Below are positions 21,204 to 33,100 of a DNA stretch of 64,000 bases, one piece after another. The position numbers and the translations under genes are program-made. The number at the start of each line of letters is the position of its first letter. The stretch's first letter is position 1. The DNA comes from Coleofasciculus chthonoplastes F2-STO-03 (GTDB lineage: Bacteria; Cyanobacteriota; Cyanobacteriia; Cyanobacteriales; Coleofasciculaceae), in contig JAVJWO010000022.1 of NCBI GenBank assembly GCA_040222015.1, forward strand, positions 1 through 64,000, in the 5' to 3' direction. The notes under the pieces are model-generated. The model had not been told where the DNA came from. It made no database searches and saw only the letters and a list, made by a program, of their open reading frames with translations.

Positions 21204-21665
21204 ATGGAAAGTGTAGAATTAAAACAAATTATCGGAAAAGGAGAAGGAGTTTTTGCAACCAAAACCTTTAAATCACGAGAGACTGTAATGGTCGGAATTA
21301 TTGAAGAAATATTAGATAAAAATGACTCTCATGCATCACAAATAGATGAAAATAAGTTTGCTCGTCACGCGGGATTAATATCTAAAGTCAACCATTCCTG
21401 TGATCCAAATTGTGGGATCAGGGTCAATCAAACTGGCGGTCATGATTTCGTTGCCATAAAAGATATTGCTTTTGAAGAAGAAATTACCTTTGATTATGTG
21501 ATGAGAAACTATAAGATTGAGCATTTTCCTAAACGCTGTCTGTGTGGAGCACTAAATTGTCGTGGTTCTATTACCGGATGGAAAGACTTACCCAAGGAAA
21601 AGAAAGAGGAGTATAAATCGTTTGTGGCTCCTTATCTGCTAAAACTAGATGCTCAATCTTCATAA
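21204..21665 (+). CDS. SET-domain lysine methyltransferase with post-SET Zn site
   Basis: GKGEGVFA, NHSCDPN, EEITFDY and CLCGALNCRG motifs. Confidence 0.92.
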   Translation: MESVELKQIIGKGEGVFATKTFKSRETVMVGIIEEILDKNDSHASQIDENKFARHAGLISKVNHSCDPNCGIRVNQTGGHDFVAIKDIAFEEEITFDYVMRNYKIEHFPKRCLCGALNCRGSITGWKDLPKEKKEEYKSFVAPYLLKLDAQSS

Positions 21666-21748
21666 AGTTGTAGAGACGTTGTCGGCAACGTCTCTACAAT
21701 GTTAAAGGGACAAAAAAGGTTTTGTGGCTTTAAAGTTTCCTTGATGAT

Positions 21749-22822
21749 TTAACGGGGTGAATTTAGTTGCGAGCGATTGAGCTGACTCTCCTGCAATCCT
21801 GGTGTAATGAGTGTCGGATTATTTCCGGCGCTAGGAAGGTTATTGGGTTGAATCGGATATTGTCCAACATTAGCAGAGTTGGCAGGTGCGGTTGGCATCA
21901 CCGGATAAGTAGTGACACCTGTTGCAGGGGCTGGAGGGGCGGGAACTGATGGATACATGGGCTGTCCGGCACCGTTGTAAACCGTTGCATTCGGTGCCAC
22001 TCCTGTGGGATAGGTGGGCTGTCCGGCACCATTGTAACCAGAGACCGTCGGTACAGAAGCCGGAGGGTAGCTAGGCTGTATCATCCCTCTGTTAGTTGTC
22101 GTCCTTGGTACAGTGGGTAATGGAGTCCTGTTTTGTTCACTCGTTCCAGAGGTTGGCACGGTTTGACTGGGACTTGTGTCAGAACGTTGCGTCAGTTGCT
22201 CAGAATTTTGATTGCTCGTTTGAGACGCCTCAGTTCCTGGCACCTCAGTCAATTCTGGGAAAGCATTCGCAGAACTCGTGTCTGAGTTTGAGGAGGAAGA
22301 CTCAGAACTCAACATATTCGGTTTGGGAAAGAGTCCCTTACCCGACAAAATATCCCCCATGAGGAACTCTTGTGAGGCTTTGGCAAAGGGATTGCTGAAG
22401 CTTGGTTTTGACTCAGCCGCGCTATTTAGGATTGAGGGAGTAGAGGTTGACGGCGGTTCGGATGCCGATGCGGTCAAGGAATTTTTTTTGTCTCCGGGCT
22501 TCTGGTTCGGTAGATTAGCCAAGGCGAGAGCATTCTGTTGGTCAAATTCCTCAATCAGGACTGCCGAACTGTCAATATCTGCCATGTTAGCGGCAAGTTC
22601 TTCAGCCGAAAGCGTTGTCTCATCCGTTGAGTTCTCAAATTGCTCGCGGATTGGGTCTTCGTCTAAGAAACTCAACCAATTGGGATTCTTCCAATATTCC
22701 CAGACAAACAACACGATTAAGCCAAAGCCCATGACGGATAGCCAAAATTTGGGTTGCCTTAAGGGTTGAAGTCGGGCTTTTAAATAGCGCAGATACGCAG
22801 GCACTTGATTGGGAGATGACAT
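21749..22822 (-). CDS. Hypothetical single-TM protein with long S/P/T-rich tail
   Basis: Long ORF with a TM near the N-terminus and an ADIDSS motif. Confidence 0.7.
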   Translation of the reverse strand: MSSPNQVPAYLRYLKARLQPLRQPKFWLSVMGFGLIVLFVWEYWKNPNWLSFLDEDPIREQFENSTDETTLSAEELAANMADIDSSAVLIEEFDQQNALALANLPNQKPGDKKNSLTASASEPPSTSTPSILNSAAESKPSFSNPFAKASQEFLMGDILSGKGLFPKPNMLSSESSSSNSDTSSANAFPELTEVPGTEASQTSNQNSEQLTQRSDTSPSQTVPTSGTSEQNRTPLPTVPRTTTNRGMIQPSYPPASVPTVSGYNGAGQPTYPTGVAPNATVYNGAGQPMYPSVPAPPAPATGVTTYPVMPTAPANSANVGQYPIQPNNLPSAGNNPTLITPGLQESQLNRSQLNSPR

Positions 22823-23208
22823 AGCGCAAGTCAGAAGTAGGATTTGACAAAAATTGAACGAACCGAGTCAGAATAAGTAGGATAATGTAACTTTTGTTAC
22901 AGAAATAATTTAAAGGATTGATTTTTTCTGAGTAAACGGTTGGTTCTGTAGTGCAACCCACTAATTATATCTAATTTGATAGACTCTGCGACTCATCCGT
23001 TCGGACAGGTTATACCACCATGCTGTTCGGTTGAGTAAGCTGACTTAAGCCCTCAACTAAAGTTGGGGCTAAAAGCTGAAACCCGTTGAAACGGGTTCAA
23101 AGAGTCATACTTTACAATACCAAATTCGGGGAACGCTACCCCGGTTATAACCCAGTCCGCGCAGGCGGACTTTGTTTGTGTAGCTGCGATTTCAATCGCC
23201 TCCTCTTG

Positions 23209-24354
23209 CTACCGGGCGGCTCGAATTAATAAAAATCCGCCAACCGCAAACCCCATCAGATTGGGCAACCATGCAGAGATTAAGGGAGGGAGGTAGTTAC
23301 TCAATCCTAGAGCATCTCCGATCGCCATTAGCATATAATACGCGAAAATCACTAACACGCTGATACCAAAGCCTGTGGCTTTACTGGTACGCTGAGGTCG
23401 ATTGCCTAATGATCCCCCAACTAAGCCAAAAACAACGCAAGCAAAGGGTAAGGCAAATTTTTGACTGATGCGGATTTTGAGTTTGCGAATGTCATCCTCG
23501 TCCCCAGTCTGGCGCTCTAACTCTAGTCGTTCTATGGCTTGAGTGATGTTCATTTCATCGTAATCGCGGTCTTTTCTGGCTAAATCTAAGGGAATGCGAG
23601 GCAACTGTAGTTGTTGGTGTTCAAACCGCACGATGTTACGGTAAGAGGCATCCGGCGCAATTAAATAGATAGTGCCGTTGTAGAAATCCCAAGTACTTTG
23701 CGCTATATTCCATATTGCGGAATCAGCGGTGACAATTTGGTTAAGACCTTGCTGAGACCAGTCGAGAATGGTTAAGCCCTTCATCCGCTCACCATCAAAA
23801 TTTTGAGCGTAGAATAAGCGCTTGAGTGTTTTATCCTCCTCTGCATATTCTCGATAGAAGATATTGCGCTCTTTGAAGGTGGGTTTTTCCTCTCCTAATG
23901 CCTTTTCTAAGGTTATCGTTGCTTGATAGTTAGAGGCGGGGACTACGTATTCATTAAATCCAAAGGTCATGCCAGTAACAATCAAACTCAGTAATAACGC
24001 GGGTAGCACTAGGCGATAAATACTCACCCCGCAGCTTCGCAACGCGATTAGTTCACTGTCGCTAGAAAGACGGCTGTAAGTCAATAAGGTGGCTAACAGG
24101 ACAGATGTAGGAAAAGCATACGCCATGAACTGAGGTAAACTCAACAGCAGCACTTTCAGCACCAATGTGGCTGGTAGTCCTTCATCCACCGCTCTCCGCA
24201 TCAAGTCAAATAAGCTACCAATCGTTACCCCCACTGAGGAAAACATTCCCATGCCAAATAAAAATGGGGGAATGAGTTCGGTGATAATATAACGATCCAT
24301 CACCGATACGCCAGGAATAAATGAGAAAAGAGGTAGAGATTTACGGATCGTCAT
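23209..24354 (-). CDS. LptF/LptG family permease
   Basis: MDRYI..E, LSSDSELIALRSCGVS and AWLPN motifs. Confidence 0.92.
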   Translation of the reverse strand: MTIRKSLPLFSFIPGVSVMDRYIITELIPPFLFGMGMFSSVGVTIGSLFDLMRRAVDEGLPATLVLKVLLLSLPQFMAYAFPTSVLLATLLTYSRLSSDSELIALRSCGVSIYRLVLPALLLSLIVTGMTFGFNEYVVPASNYQATITLEKALGEEKPTFKERNIFYREYAEEDKTLKRLFYAQNFDGERMKGLTILDWSQQGLNQIVTADSAIWNIAQSTWDFYNGTIYLIAPDASYRNIVRFEHQQLQLPRIPLDLARKDRDYDEMNITQAIERLELERQTGDEDDIRKLKIRISQKFALPFACVVFGLVGGSLGNRPQRTSKATGFGISVLVIFAYYMLMAIGDALGLSNYLPPLISAWLPNLMGFAVGGFLLIRAAR

Positions 24355-24436
24355 TCGTCATTCGTCTTATGTCATTCGTCTTATGTTTATGTATGGGTTT
24401 GAGGGCTATTTACGGAACATTTAGAAACAGCCAGGA

Positions 24437-25165
24437 TTATTTTTGAAACTCATCACCCAAGTAATATTGTCGCACCAACGGGTTGTTGTAAAGTTCTTCC
24501 GCACTACCCGATGCCAGAATTTGCCCATCTCGCATGATATAGGCGCGATCGGTGATGGCTAGGGTTTCGCGAACATTATGATCCGTAATTAAAACCCCAA
24601 TTTCGCGATCGCGCAACCGGGCAATGATTTTCTGGATCTCAGACACAGCAATCGGATCAACCCCAGCAAACGGTTCATCCAAGAATAAAAACTTGGGTCC
24701 TTCTGCGCCTGAAGCTAACGCTCTTGCCAATTCTGTGCGACGACGTTCACCCCCAGAAACCTGCCTCCCAATCGTATTCGCTGCTTTTTCTAAGCCAAAC
24801 TCTTCAATCAACGTTCGTAACCTCCAGCGCCATTCTTGACGGGGTACACCTGTTTGCTCCAGCACCAGTCGAAGATTATCCCGAACCGTCAGATTACGAA
24901 ATATACTGGGTTCTTGTGCCAAATAGCCAATCCCAAAACGCGCCCGCTGGTGCATCGGCTGCTTGGTGATGTCCTGATCATCTAACCATACTGTCCCTTG
25001 ATTCGGTTTTTCCAGACCAATAGCAATGTAAAAGGTGGTCGTTTTTCCCGCACCATTTGGACCCAATAGTCCCACCACTTCGCCCTGTGCCACTGACAGA
25101 TTGACACGGTTAACGATAGACTGCTTATTATAGGATTTATGAATATTCTCTAAAACGATTTTCAA
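24437..25165 (-). CDS. lptB: LPS export ABC transporter ATPase
   Basis: GLLGPNGAGKTT, SGGERRR.E.ARAL, LDEPFAGVDP and ITDHNVRETL motifs. Confidence 0.97.
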   Translation of the reverse strand: MKIVLENIHKSYNKQSIVNRVNLSVAQGEVVGLLGPNGAGKTTTFYIAIGLEKPNQGTVWLDDQDITKQPMHQRARFGIGYLAQEPSIFRNLTVRDNLRLVLEQTGVPRQEWRWRLRTLIEEFGLEKAANTIGRQVSGGERRRTELARALASGAEGPKFLFLDEPFAGVDPIAVSEIQKIIARLRDREIGVLITDHNVRETLAITDRAYIMRDGQILASGSAEELYNNPLVRQYYLGDEFQK

Positions 25166-25353
25166 GAATAGCTACCTCAGTTGGGGAGTTTTGTGATCTG
25201 TAGAGACGTACCATGGCACGTCTTTCCGGGGCGGGTTTCACTACTATCGTTTTCTCTTCACCCAGATGTAACTCGCGCCCGCCCCGATTAGTGTTCAGTT
25301 GAAGGGTACTGACTGGCATGCTGGTGGGCAATGCCCACCCTACTGTTCCATAA

Positions 25354-25409
25354 CAAATGACGAATGACGAATGACAAATGACGAATGACAAATGACAAAT
25401 GACGAATAA
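25354..25409. repeat. STRR heptamer (CAAATGA/CGAATGA)x8
   Basis: Tandem units. Confidence 0.85.
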
Positions 25410-25412
25410 CAA

Positions 25413-25928
25413 CTACTGATCACTTACTGGAGTTTTGAATACAGGTTTTGGATTAAAGGGAGGAGTTACAGGCGACGCGACAGGTTGAGTTGGAGCTTCT
25501 GGATCAGACACAATGTAGATCGATTCAACCTGTTGTTCAGTTTTCGGTAGAGCAACAAAGCGCCCTTCATCAATTAAATAGGTAATCGTTTCACCACGCA
25601 GACTATTGCCTTGTTGCAAAACATAAACATTTCCCGTGAGAACAATACGCCGTTCTCGACTAAAATATTGAGCTTGAGCCGCCGTTGCTTGAATTTGGCG
25701 AGCTGGATAATCAATCTGTACATTCCCCCGTGCGGTGACAACACCCGTTAGGGAATTCGCTTCTTGAACATCTGCCCGAACCGTGATGGCACGTCCATCC
25801 CCAGTTTGGGCTTGGGCATCTTTGAGGGGAGTGGGAAGCGCGATCGCTCCCATCAGGCTAATTGGCACAATCAGCGCTATGCCTAGACGTTGCTTCAGGT
25901 TCACCATATCAAATAAGCAGGACTTCAT
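25413..25928 (-). CDS. lptA: LptA/OstA family protein
   Basis: Signal peptide, beta-taco motifs ARGNV and LTGNVYVLQ; directly upstream of lptB. Confidence 0.85.
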   Translation of the reverse strand: MKSCLFDMVNLKQRLGIALIVPISLMGAIALPTPLKDAQAQTGDGRAITVRADVQEANSLTGVVTARGNVQIDYPARQIQATAAQAQYFSRERRIVLTGNVYVLQQGNSLRGETITYLIDEGRFVALPKTEQQVESIYIVSDPEAPTQPVASPVTPPFNPKPVFKTPVSDQ

Positions 25929-26245
25929 CAGTATATTTATCAGCCATAGGTGTCGGGCAGATCCGAGAAGTCTTTCAACCTCAGACCTCTGTATTATACT
26001 ACTGGCGATTCATCAGAAATTCAGTCTAGCTCCGCTCCCCATCCAGAAATCGGGTCATGATTCTTCTCGCCAGTTTCGTCTAACTCTTTTGACGCATCAG
26101 CACTTGCCCAGGTTTCATTGCCACGATTTCATCAGAGATAGTTATTATACTTAACTCTGAAAAATTGGCTACAGTTCGTTTTCCTGACTTGGTTGAAAAT
26201 ATATTACTTACCGTTGTTGTTTAGTTCTGTAGTCTTTAGCCAGCG

Positions 26246-26845
26246 ATGACAAATCAGCCTCGCGATCGCCAAGATTCACCCTCACAGTCTCTTGATTCGT
26301 CTGCACCCGTAGCTAATGTGCTACAGTTTCCGCAGACAGAGCCAACCTTTTACTACTTCGCCTATGGCTCCTGTATGTGTCCAGTTGATTTAAAGCGATC
26401 GCTAAATGAAAGTACTCATGCTTTCGTCCTAGGCTCAGCCGTTCTCAACGGATATAGACTGGGATTTAACCGCAAATCAGTCAAGCGTAACTGTGGTGTA
26501 CTGGATATCGTACCCGATGTGAACGCAACGGTTGAAGGCGTCTTATACCGCTTACCTGAGCGATTTAGTGATCCTCTTGATCACCGGGAAGAAGTACCCC
26601 GTGGTGGCTATCGACGAGAAACCGTGCAAGTATGTTGTCAAGGACGAATCTATCACAATGTCCGGACTTATGTAGTTGTGGAAAAATTAGCCGAAGAACT
26701 AGCACCGAATGATTGGTATTTTAATGTTGTACTGCGCGGGGCTATCACCTGTGGGTTAAGCGAATCTTACTGTTGGCAACTCTTTAACCACATGCATCAG
26801 CTTCAACAGCGTCACTGGCAAACCCAATCCTTACGTTCCGCGTAG
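26246..26845 (+). CDS. Gamma-glutamylcyclotransferase family protein
   Basis: YFAYGS, VEGVLY and LD.RE motifs. Confidence 0.88.
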   Translation: MTNQPRDRQDSPSQSLDSSAPVANVLQFPQTEPTFYYFAYGSCMCPVDLKRSLNESTHAFVLGSAVLNGYRLGFNRKSVKRNCGVLDIVPDVNATVEGVLYRLPERFSDPLDHREEVPRGGYRRETVQVCCQGRIYHNVRTYVVVEKLAEELAPNDWYFNVVLRGAITCGLSESYCWQLFNHMHQLQQRHWQTQSLRSA

Positions 26846-27161
26846 TCAGCACCTCCGACAAGGATCGGGTGATTGATTGTGCGTTTATCATCCCTCCCCT
26901 CTCTTCCTACTCCCTTCTGACTCCCCTCTCCTAGGCTTGGGAGAGGGGCTGGGGGTGAGGGCTGCCATTGGTGTCAACTTAAGGTGAAAAGCTCAGTTGA
27001 GCAAGGGTGTAGGGTGTCAATTGTCTGTTGGCAGCTAAAAAACCTAACACCTACCACTGATCCTATAAAAAAAGAGACACTTTCCCATCAAAATGCTACC
27101 GTTTTTAGATAGACGTACCATTCCTACGTCTAGACCAACGCACTAATAGCGAAATCCCACC

Positions 27162-30100
27162 GTGATTATCCTTCCGGGTTACCAGATTCTCTCCAAAATA
27201 TACGAAAGCTCTAATTCTATAGTCTATCGGGGAATCCGACAGGTCGATACTCAACCTGTTATTTTGAAACTTCTCCAACCCGACTATCCTACGTCTGAAG
27301 AACTTAGCCGCTATAAAACTGAATACGAAATTACTCATAACTGGCAACTGGCGAGTGTCATTCGCGCCGATGACTTACTCGCTTATCAGAATAGGTTGGT
27401 GATCATATTTGAAGATATTGGCGGAGAATCATTAAACGTATTACTCAATACAATAAAATTTTCACTATCCGATATTCTGGACATTGCAATTAAGATTACA
27501 GAAGGCTTAGGTCAAATCCACGCCGATAATACAATTCATAAAGATATTAATCCATCAAATATTATTTTCAATCCCGTAACGGGACAACTCAAAATTATTG
27601 ATTTTGGTATCGCGGTTCGCGTATCCAGCGAAAATCATTCCCTAAAACAATCGCCTAGTGTAGAGGGAACATTAGCCTATTTATCACCCGAGCAAACTGG
27701 ACGGATGGATTGTCCTCTAGATTACCGCACGGATTTTTATTCCTTAGGTGTCACTCTTTATGAACTATTAACCCATCATCTCCCTTTCGATAAAGATGAA
27801 CCTATGGAGTTGATTTATTGCCATCTGGCTCAACAGCCTCTCCCCCCTCATGTAACATTGCAGTCAAACATCGTAGAGGAGGAGGACAAGGAAGATGGGG
27901 AAGACAAGGAAGATGGGGACGTTGACTCAAAACTCAGTCAAGGCGGGTTTGGCACAAACGTTACCATCAATAGCGAACAGAAAGTTCCTCAATCCATCCC
28001 GACAAATCTGGTTCCAGATGAGCCTAGTGTTGGGTCAATACTCCACACTCACCACTTTCTTAATCACCAATTAGTTTGTCCTAAAGCTATTTCCAATATT
28101 GTCATGAAACTATTGGAAAAAATGCCGCAAAAGCGATACCAAAGTGCTGTAGGACTCAAGGCGGATTTAGAGTATTGTTTAGACCAATTAAAAACAACTG
28201 GCAAAATTCAAGAATTCCCCCTTGGATGTCATGATCTGGGAATAATATTGCAAATCCCCCCAAAACTTTATGGTCGAGAACGCGAAATTCAAGCACTCCT
28301 CGCCGCTTTTTTTCGCATCGCTTGTTACCCAAAGGGGCAGGGGGCAAGGAATACCCAAAAAGGGCTGAGTGAAATCATGCTGATTACCGGTGATTCTGGG
28401 GTTGGCAAATCCGCTCTAATCCCGCAAATTCGTCCATCTATTATCCAGAAAAACAGTTATTTTATTACTGGAAAATTTGATCAATTTCAACGCAATATTC
28501 CTTATTCCGCCCTGGTTAATGCCTTCTCCAAATTAATCCGAAAAATTTTAACTGAACCTGAAGCACAACTTAGGCAATGGGAAAAAAGATTAGTGAAAGC
28601 CTTGGGTCGCAATGGACAAATTATTATCCAGGTCATTCCAGACGTTGAATTGATTATTGGTACTCAGCCTGAAGTGCCTGAATTAGGATTGGCTGAATCA
28701 CAAAATCGCTTTCATTTAGTGTTTCAAGCCTTTATGCGGGTTTTCTGTCAACCTGAACATCCTTTAGTCATTTTTTTAGATGATTTACAATGGGCTGATG
28801 CGGCTACCCTAAAGTTGCTGGAATTCATTTTGACAGATGACCCAATCCACCATCTATTCCTGATTGGTGCCTATCGAGACAATGAAGTTGAGCCGAATCA
28901 TTCTTTAATGATTAGCTTCGATAAAATTTGTAGTCTTGGCGTTAGTCTTAACCAAATTATCTTAAACCCCCTGAACCGGGAACACGTTATTGAGTTAATC
29001 TCCGAAACCTTACACAGAGATGCTCAAGCGGTTACTGATTTAGCCGAACTCATCGTGCGTAAAACCGCAGGAAATCCTTTTTTTATTAAAGAATTTATTA
29101 AAACCCTCGCCCAGGAAAATCTGATTTTCTTTAGTTATTCTACCAACAAAGGTTTAGGTCAGTGGACTTGGGATATCGACCGGATTGAAGAAACGGCGAT
29201 TACAGATAACGTGGTGGAGTTGATGATTGGCAAGTTAAAAAAACTTCCGGAAAGCACTCAACAGGTTTTAAGTTTAGCCGCTTGTATCGGAAATCATTTT
29301 CAACTCGATTTACTTGCCAAAATTTATGGGAAAATTCCGAAGGAAACCTGGGATGATTTATCTACAGCAATTAAGTTAGGATTAATTGAACCTCAGGCAA
29401 AAAATTCCAAAACATATTTTCATTTAATTCAATATTATAAATTTTCGCACGATCGCGTCCAACAAGCGGTTGATGCTTTAATGGATAAAGCAACAAAAGA
29501 AACCGTGCACTGGCACATTGGTCGGCTGTTGCTTGCCCAGCTATCCCCCTATCAAAAATATGAGCGAATTTTTGATATTGTTGATCATCTCAATTGGAAA
29601 GCTTACGCAATTACCACGACTCACGAACGACTTGAATTAACTCGGTTAAACTTAGCGGCTGCCAAAAAAGCGAAGTCAGCAACGGCTTATACCGCCGCTA
29701 GAGATTACCTAAACTACGGACTATTAACCTTAAGTGAAACAAGCTGGACTGACCAGTATTCATTAACCTTAAAACTTCATAATGAACTCGCTGAAGTTGA
29801 ATATCTGAATGGTGACTTTGAATCATCACAGCATTTAATTCATCAGAGTTTAATTCAAGCTAAATCCGTTGTGGAACAGGCTGAACTGTATAACCTGCTT
29901 ATTGTTCAGCATACCATGCTAGCCAACTATAAAGAAGCCATTCAAGTCGGACGCAAAGCCCTCAAAAAAATCGGCATCGATTTTCCAGACACTAATGTAA
30001 AAAGCGGCTTAACTAGTGAATTGTCTGACTTAAAACGAAATTTAGGAAATCGGCACATTGCCAGTTTAATTGATTTACCCGATATGACCGACACGGTGAT

Positions 30101-33100
30101 AAAAGCGGCAGTCAATTTACTATTAAGTCTCGATCCGCCCACGTATTTCTTTGATCAAGATAGTTATGCCTGGGTTACGGTAAAACTCGTCAATTTATCC
30201 CTACAATATGGCAATGCTCCTGAATCAGCTAAAGGCTATTCTAATTATGGATTACTCCTGGGTTCCCTTTGGGGAGATTATCAGTCTGGGTATGCCTTTG
30301 GCTTACTGTCTTGTCAACTGAGTAAAACTTTTAATCATCCAATTTATATCAGTCGAACTCATCAATTCTTGGCGACATTTTTGAATTCCTGGGTCAAGCC
30401 GATTCAATGTGCCGAGTCGATTAATCATGAAGCTTATCAGGCGGGAATGGAAGCGGGTGACTTTCAATATGTTGGCTATATCTTAAACAATCAATTTTAT
30501 AATGCCTTCAATCAAGGCTCAAGCTTAACTGATGTCCTTACCCAAGCGGATACATTTTTGCACTTTAGCCGTAAAACTCAAAATCAATGGGTAACAGACA
30601 TGATTTTAGCCTGTAAACTGCCTGTTTGGAATTTATGTGGACGAACGGAAGCTAAAGAGGTTTTTGATACTGATGAGATGAGTGAAGCCAATTATTTAGC
30701 CACCTGCCATACTTATCAGACGTTTGGTGGTCTTTGTACATTTTATAGTATTAAAGCCTGGGTTCTCTATCTCTACAACCAACCCGAAACAGCACTTAAT
30801 TGTATTAAATCAGCCGAAAAATACTTGCCCTTTATTCGGGGTTTATTCACCCAAGCTGAACATAATTTTTATAGATCCCTGATTCTCACCGCACTCTATC
30901 CTCAGGCAGCGGAGAGTCAACAAGCTGATTATTGGCAAACATTGAGTATTGCTCAAGCTCAGATGAAAGGTTGGGTAGACAATTGTCCAGAAAACTTTCG
31001 GCATAACTATGTATTAATTAATGCAGAAATGGCACGAATTTCTGGTCAAACGGAAAAAGCAATGGACTTCTATGATCAAGCCATTGATTTAGCCAGAACC
31101 AATGGGTTTATTCACCATGAGGCTTTAGGAAATGAACTAGCCGCCAAGTTTTGGTTGAGTAAAGGTAAGGTAAAGTTTGCTCAACTATACATGCAAAAAG
31201 CACGCCATGGCTATCAACATTGGGGTGCCAAGCGAAAGGTTGAAGATTTAGAGAAGACTTATCCTGGCTTATTTACCGACGCCTTAACCTCGGTTAATAT
31301 CAAAGATACACTTACCAATTCACATACGGACTCAGTTTCGGGGAGTCATCTTGCCGCTGTGCTAGACTTGACCACAATCATTAAAACATTCCAAGCGCTT
31401 TCTAGTGAAATTGCCCTCGATAAGTTGCTGATTAGCTTAATGAAAATTTTAATCGAAAATGCTGGCGCGACACAAGGCGCTTTACTATTGGATTGGGAGG
31501 GACAGTTACGGATTGAAGCAACTTGTCGGGGGGATCTGGATAGTATTGCTGTCTTACAATCGATTCCCTTAGAAACCAGCCAAGATATTCCCATCGCCAT
31601 TATCCATTATGTCAGCCGGACGCAAGACATTTTAGTCTTAAACGATGCCACGTCTGAGGATAGATTTATTACCGATGCCTATATTCAGCAAAATCAACCC
31701 AAATCTATTGTCTGTGCACCACTGCTGAATCAAGGACAATTAATTGGACTGTTTTATCTAGAAAATAATTTAGCGATCGCGGCATTTACACCCGCACGAG
31801 TTGAACTATTAAATCTAATATCAGCCCAAGCCGCGATTTCGATTAAAAATGCTCGGCTGTGGCAAAAACAAGCGGAACTTAATCATTCATTAAAGGCGGA
31901 AATTGCCGAACGCCAACGCACAGACGCAGCTTTACGTAAAAGTGAGGGACTTTATCGAACCCTGACACAAAACTTTCCTAATGGCAGTGTTTTATTATTT
32001 GATCGAGAGTTACGCTTCTTGTTAGCAGAAGGGGAGGGGGTAAGGGCTGGCGGTTTTGAACCGGAACAGTTAAAAGGAAAAACGATTACAGAGGTTTTAT
32101 CACCCGATGTTTGTAAAATAATCGAACCCCTGTATCAGTCAGCCTTAGCCGGAGAAACCCGGGTATCGGAAATTACATTTGCCGATCGCACCCATCAAGT
32201 CTATACCCTGCCGGTGAAAAATGAGCGGGGTGAAATTTTTGCCGGGATGGTAATGTCTCAAGATATCACCCTGCAAAAACAAGCGGAACATATCTTACAA
32301 AATGCGCGATCAGAATTAGAACGGCAAGTGGAAGAACGCACCCAAGCTTTAACCACGATGAATACTATCTTACAGACGGAAATTGCTGAACGTCGTGAGG
32401 CTGAAGCAAAACTTAAAGAACTCACCCAGGAACTACAACGTTCTAATCAAGAATTGGAACAATTTGCCTATATTGCTTCCCACGATTTGCAGGAACCGTT
32501 ACGCGCTGTGGCAAGTTATACCCAACTTTTACAACAAGACTACCTCGATCAACTCGATGAATCCGCCCAAGACTATATGGCATTTATCATTGATGGTGCA
32601 ACCCGAATGCGCCAGTTAATTCAAGCCTTGCTGATGTATTCTCGCTTGGGGACTCGTCCACCCGAAGGAAAACCCACTGACTGTAATGCTATACTGCGCC
32701 AAGTGACTGAAAATTTGCAGATCGCGATCGCAGAAAGCCAAGCGACGATTACCTACGATGCCCTCCCCACAGTTCAGGCTGATCCCACTCAACTGATCCA
32801 ACTGTTTCAAAATCTGATCGGAAACGCGATAAAATTCTGCCGCGATCGTCCCCCTCTCATCCAGATTGAGGCACAATTGATAGAGAATGCATGGCTGTTT
32901 CAGGTAAAGGATAATGGAATTGGGATTAAACCCAAATACCTCGACCGTATCTTTGTCATCTTCAAACGTCTCCATACCCGGCGCGAGTTTTCGGGTACAG
33001 GTATCGGTTTAGCCGTTTGTAAGAAAATTGTCGAACGCCACGGTGGACGGATTTGGGTGGAATCTCAACCTGGAGTTGGTAGCACATTTTTCTTGACCCT

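Noticed and set aside
22278..22769. 163-aa plus-strand ORF
   Set aside because: Antisense shadow of the 357-aa minus-strand gene
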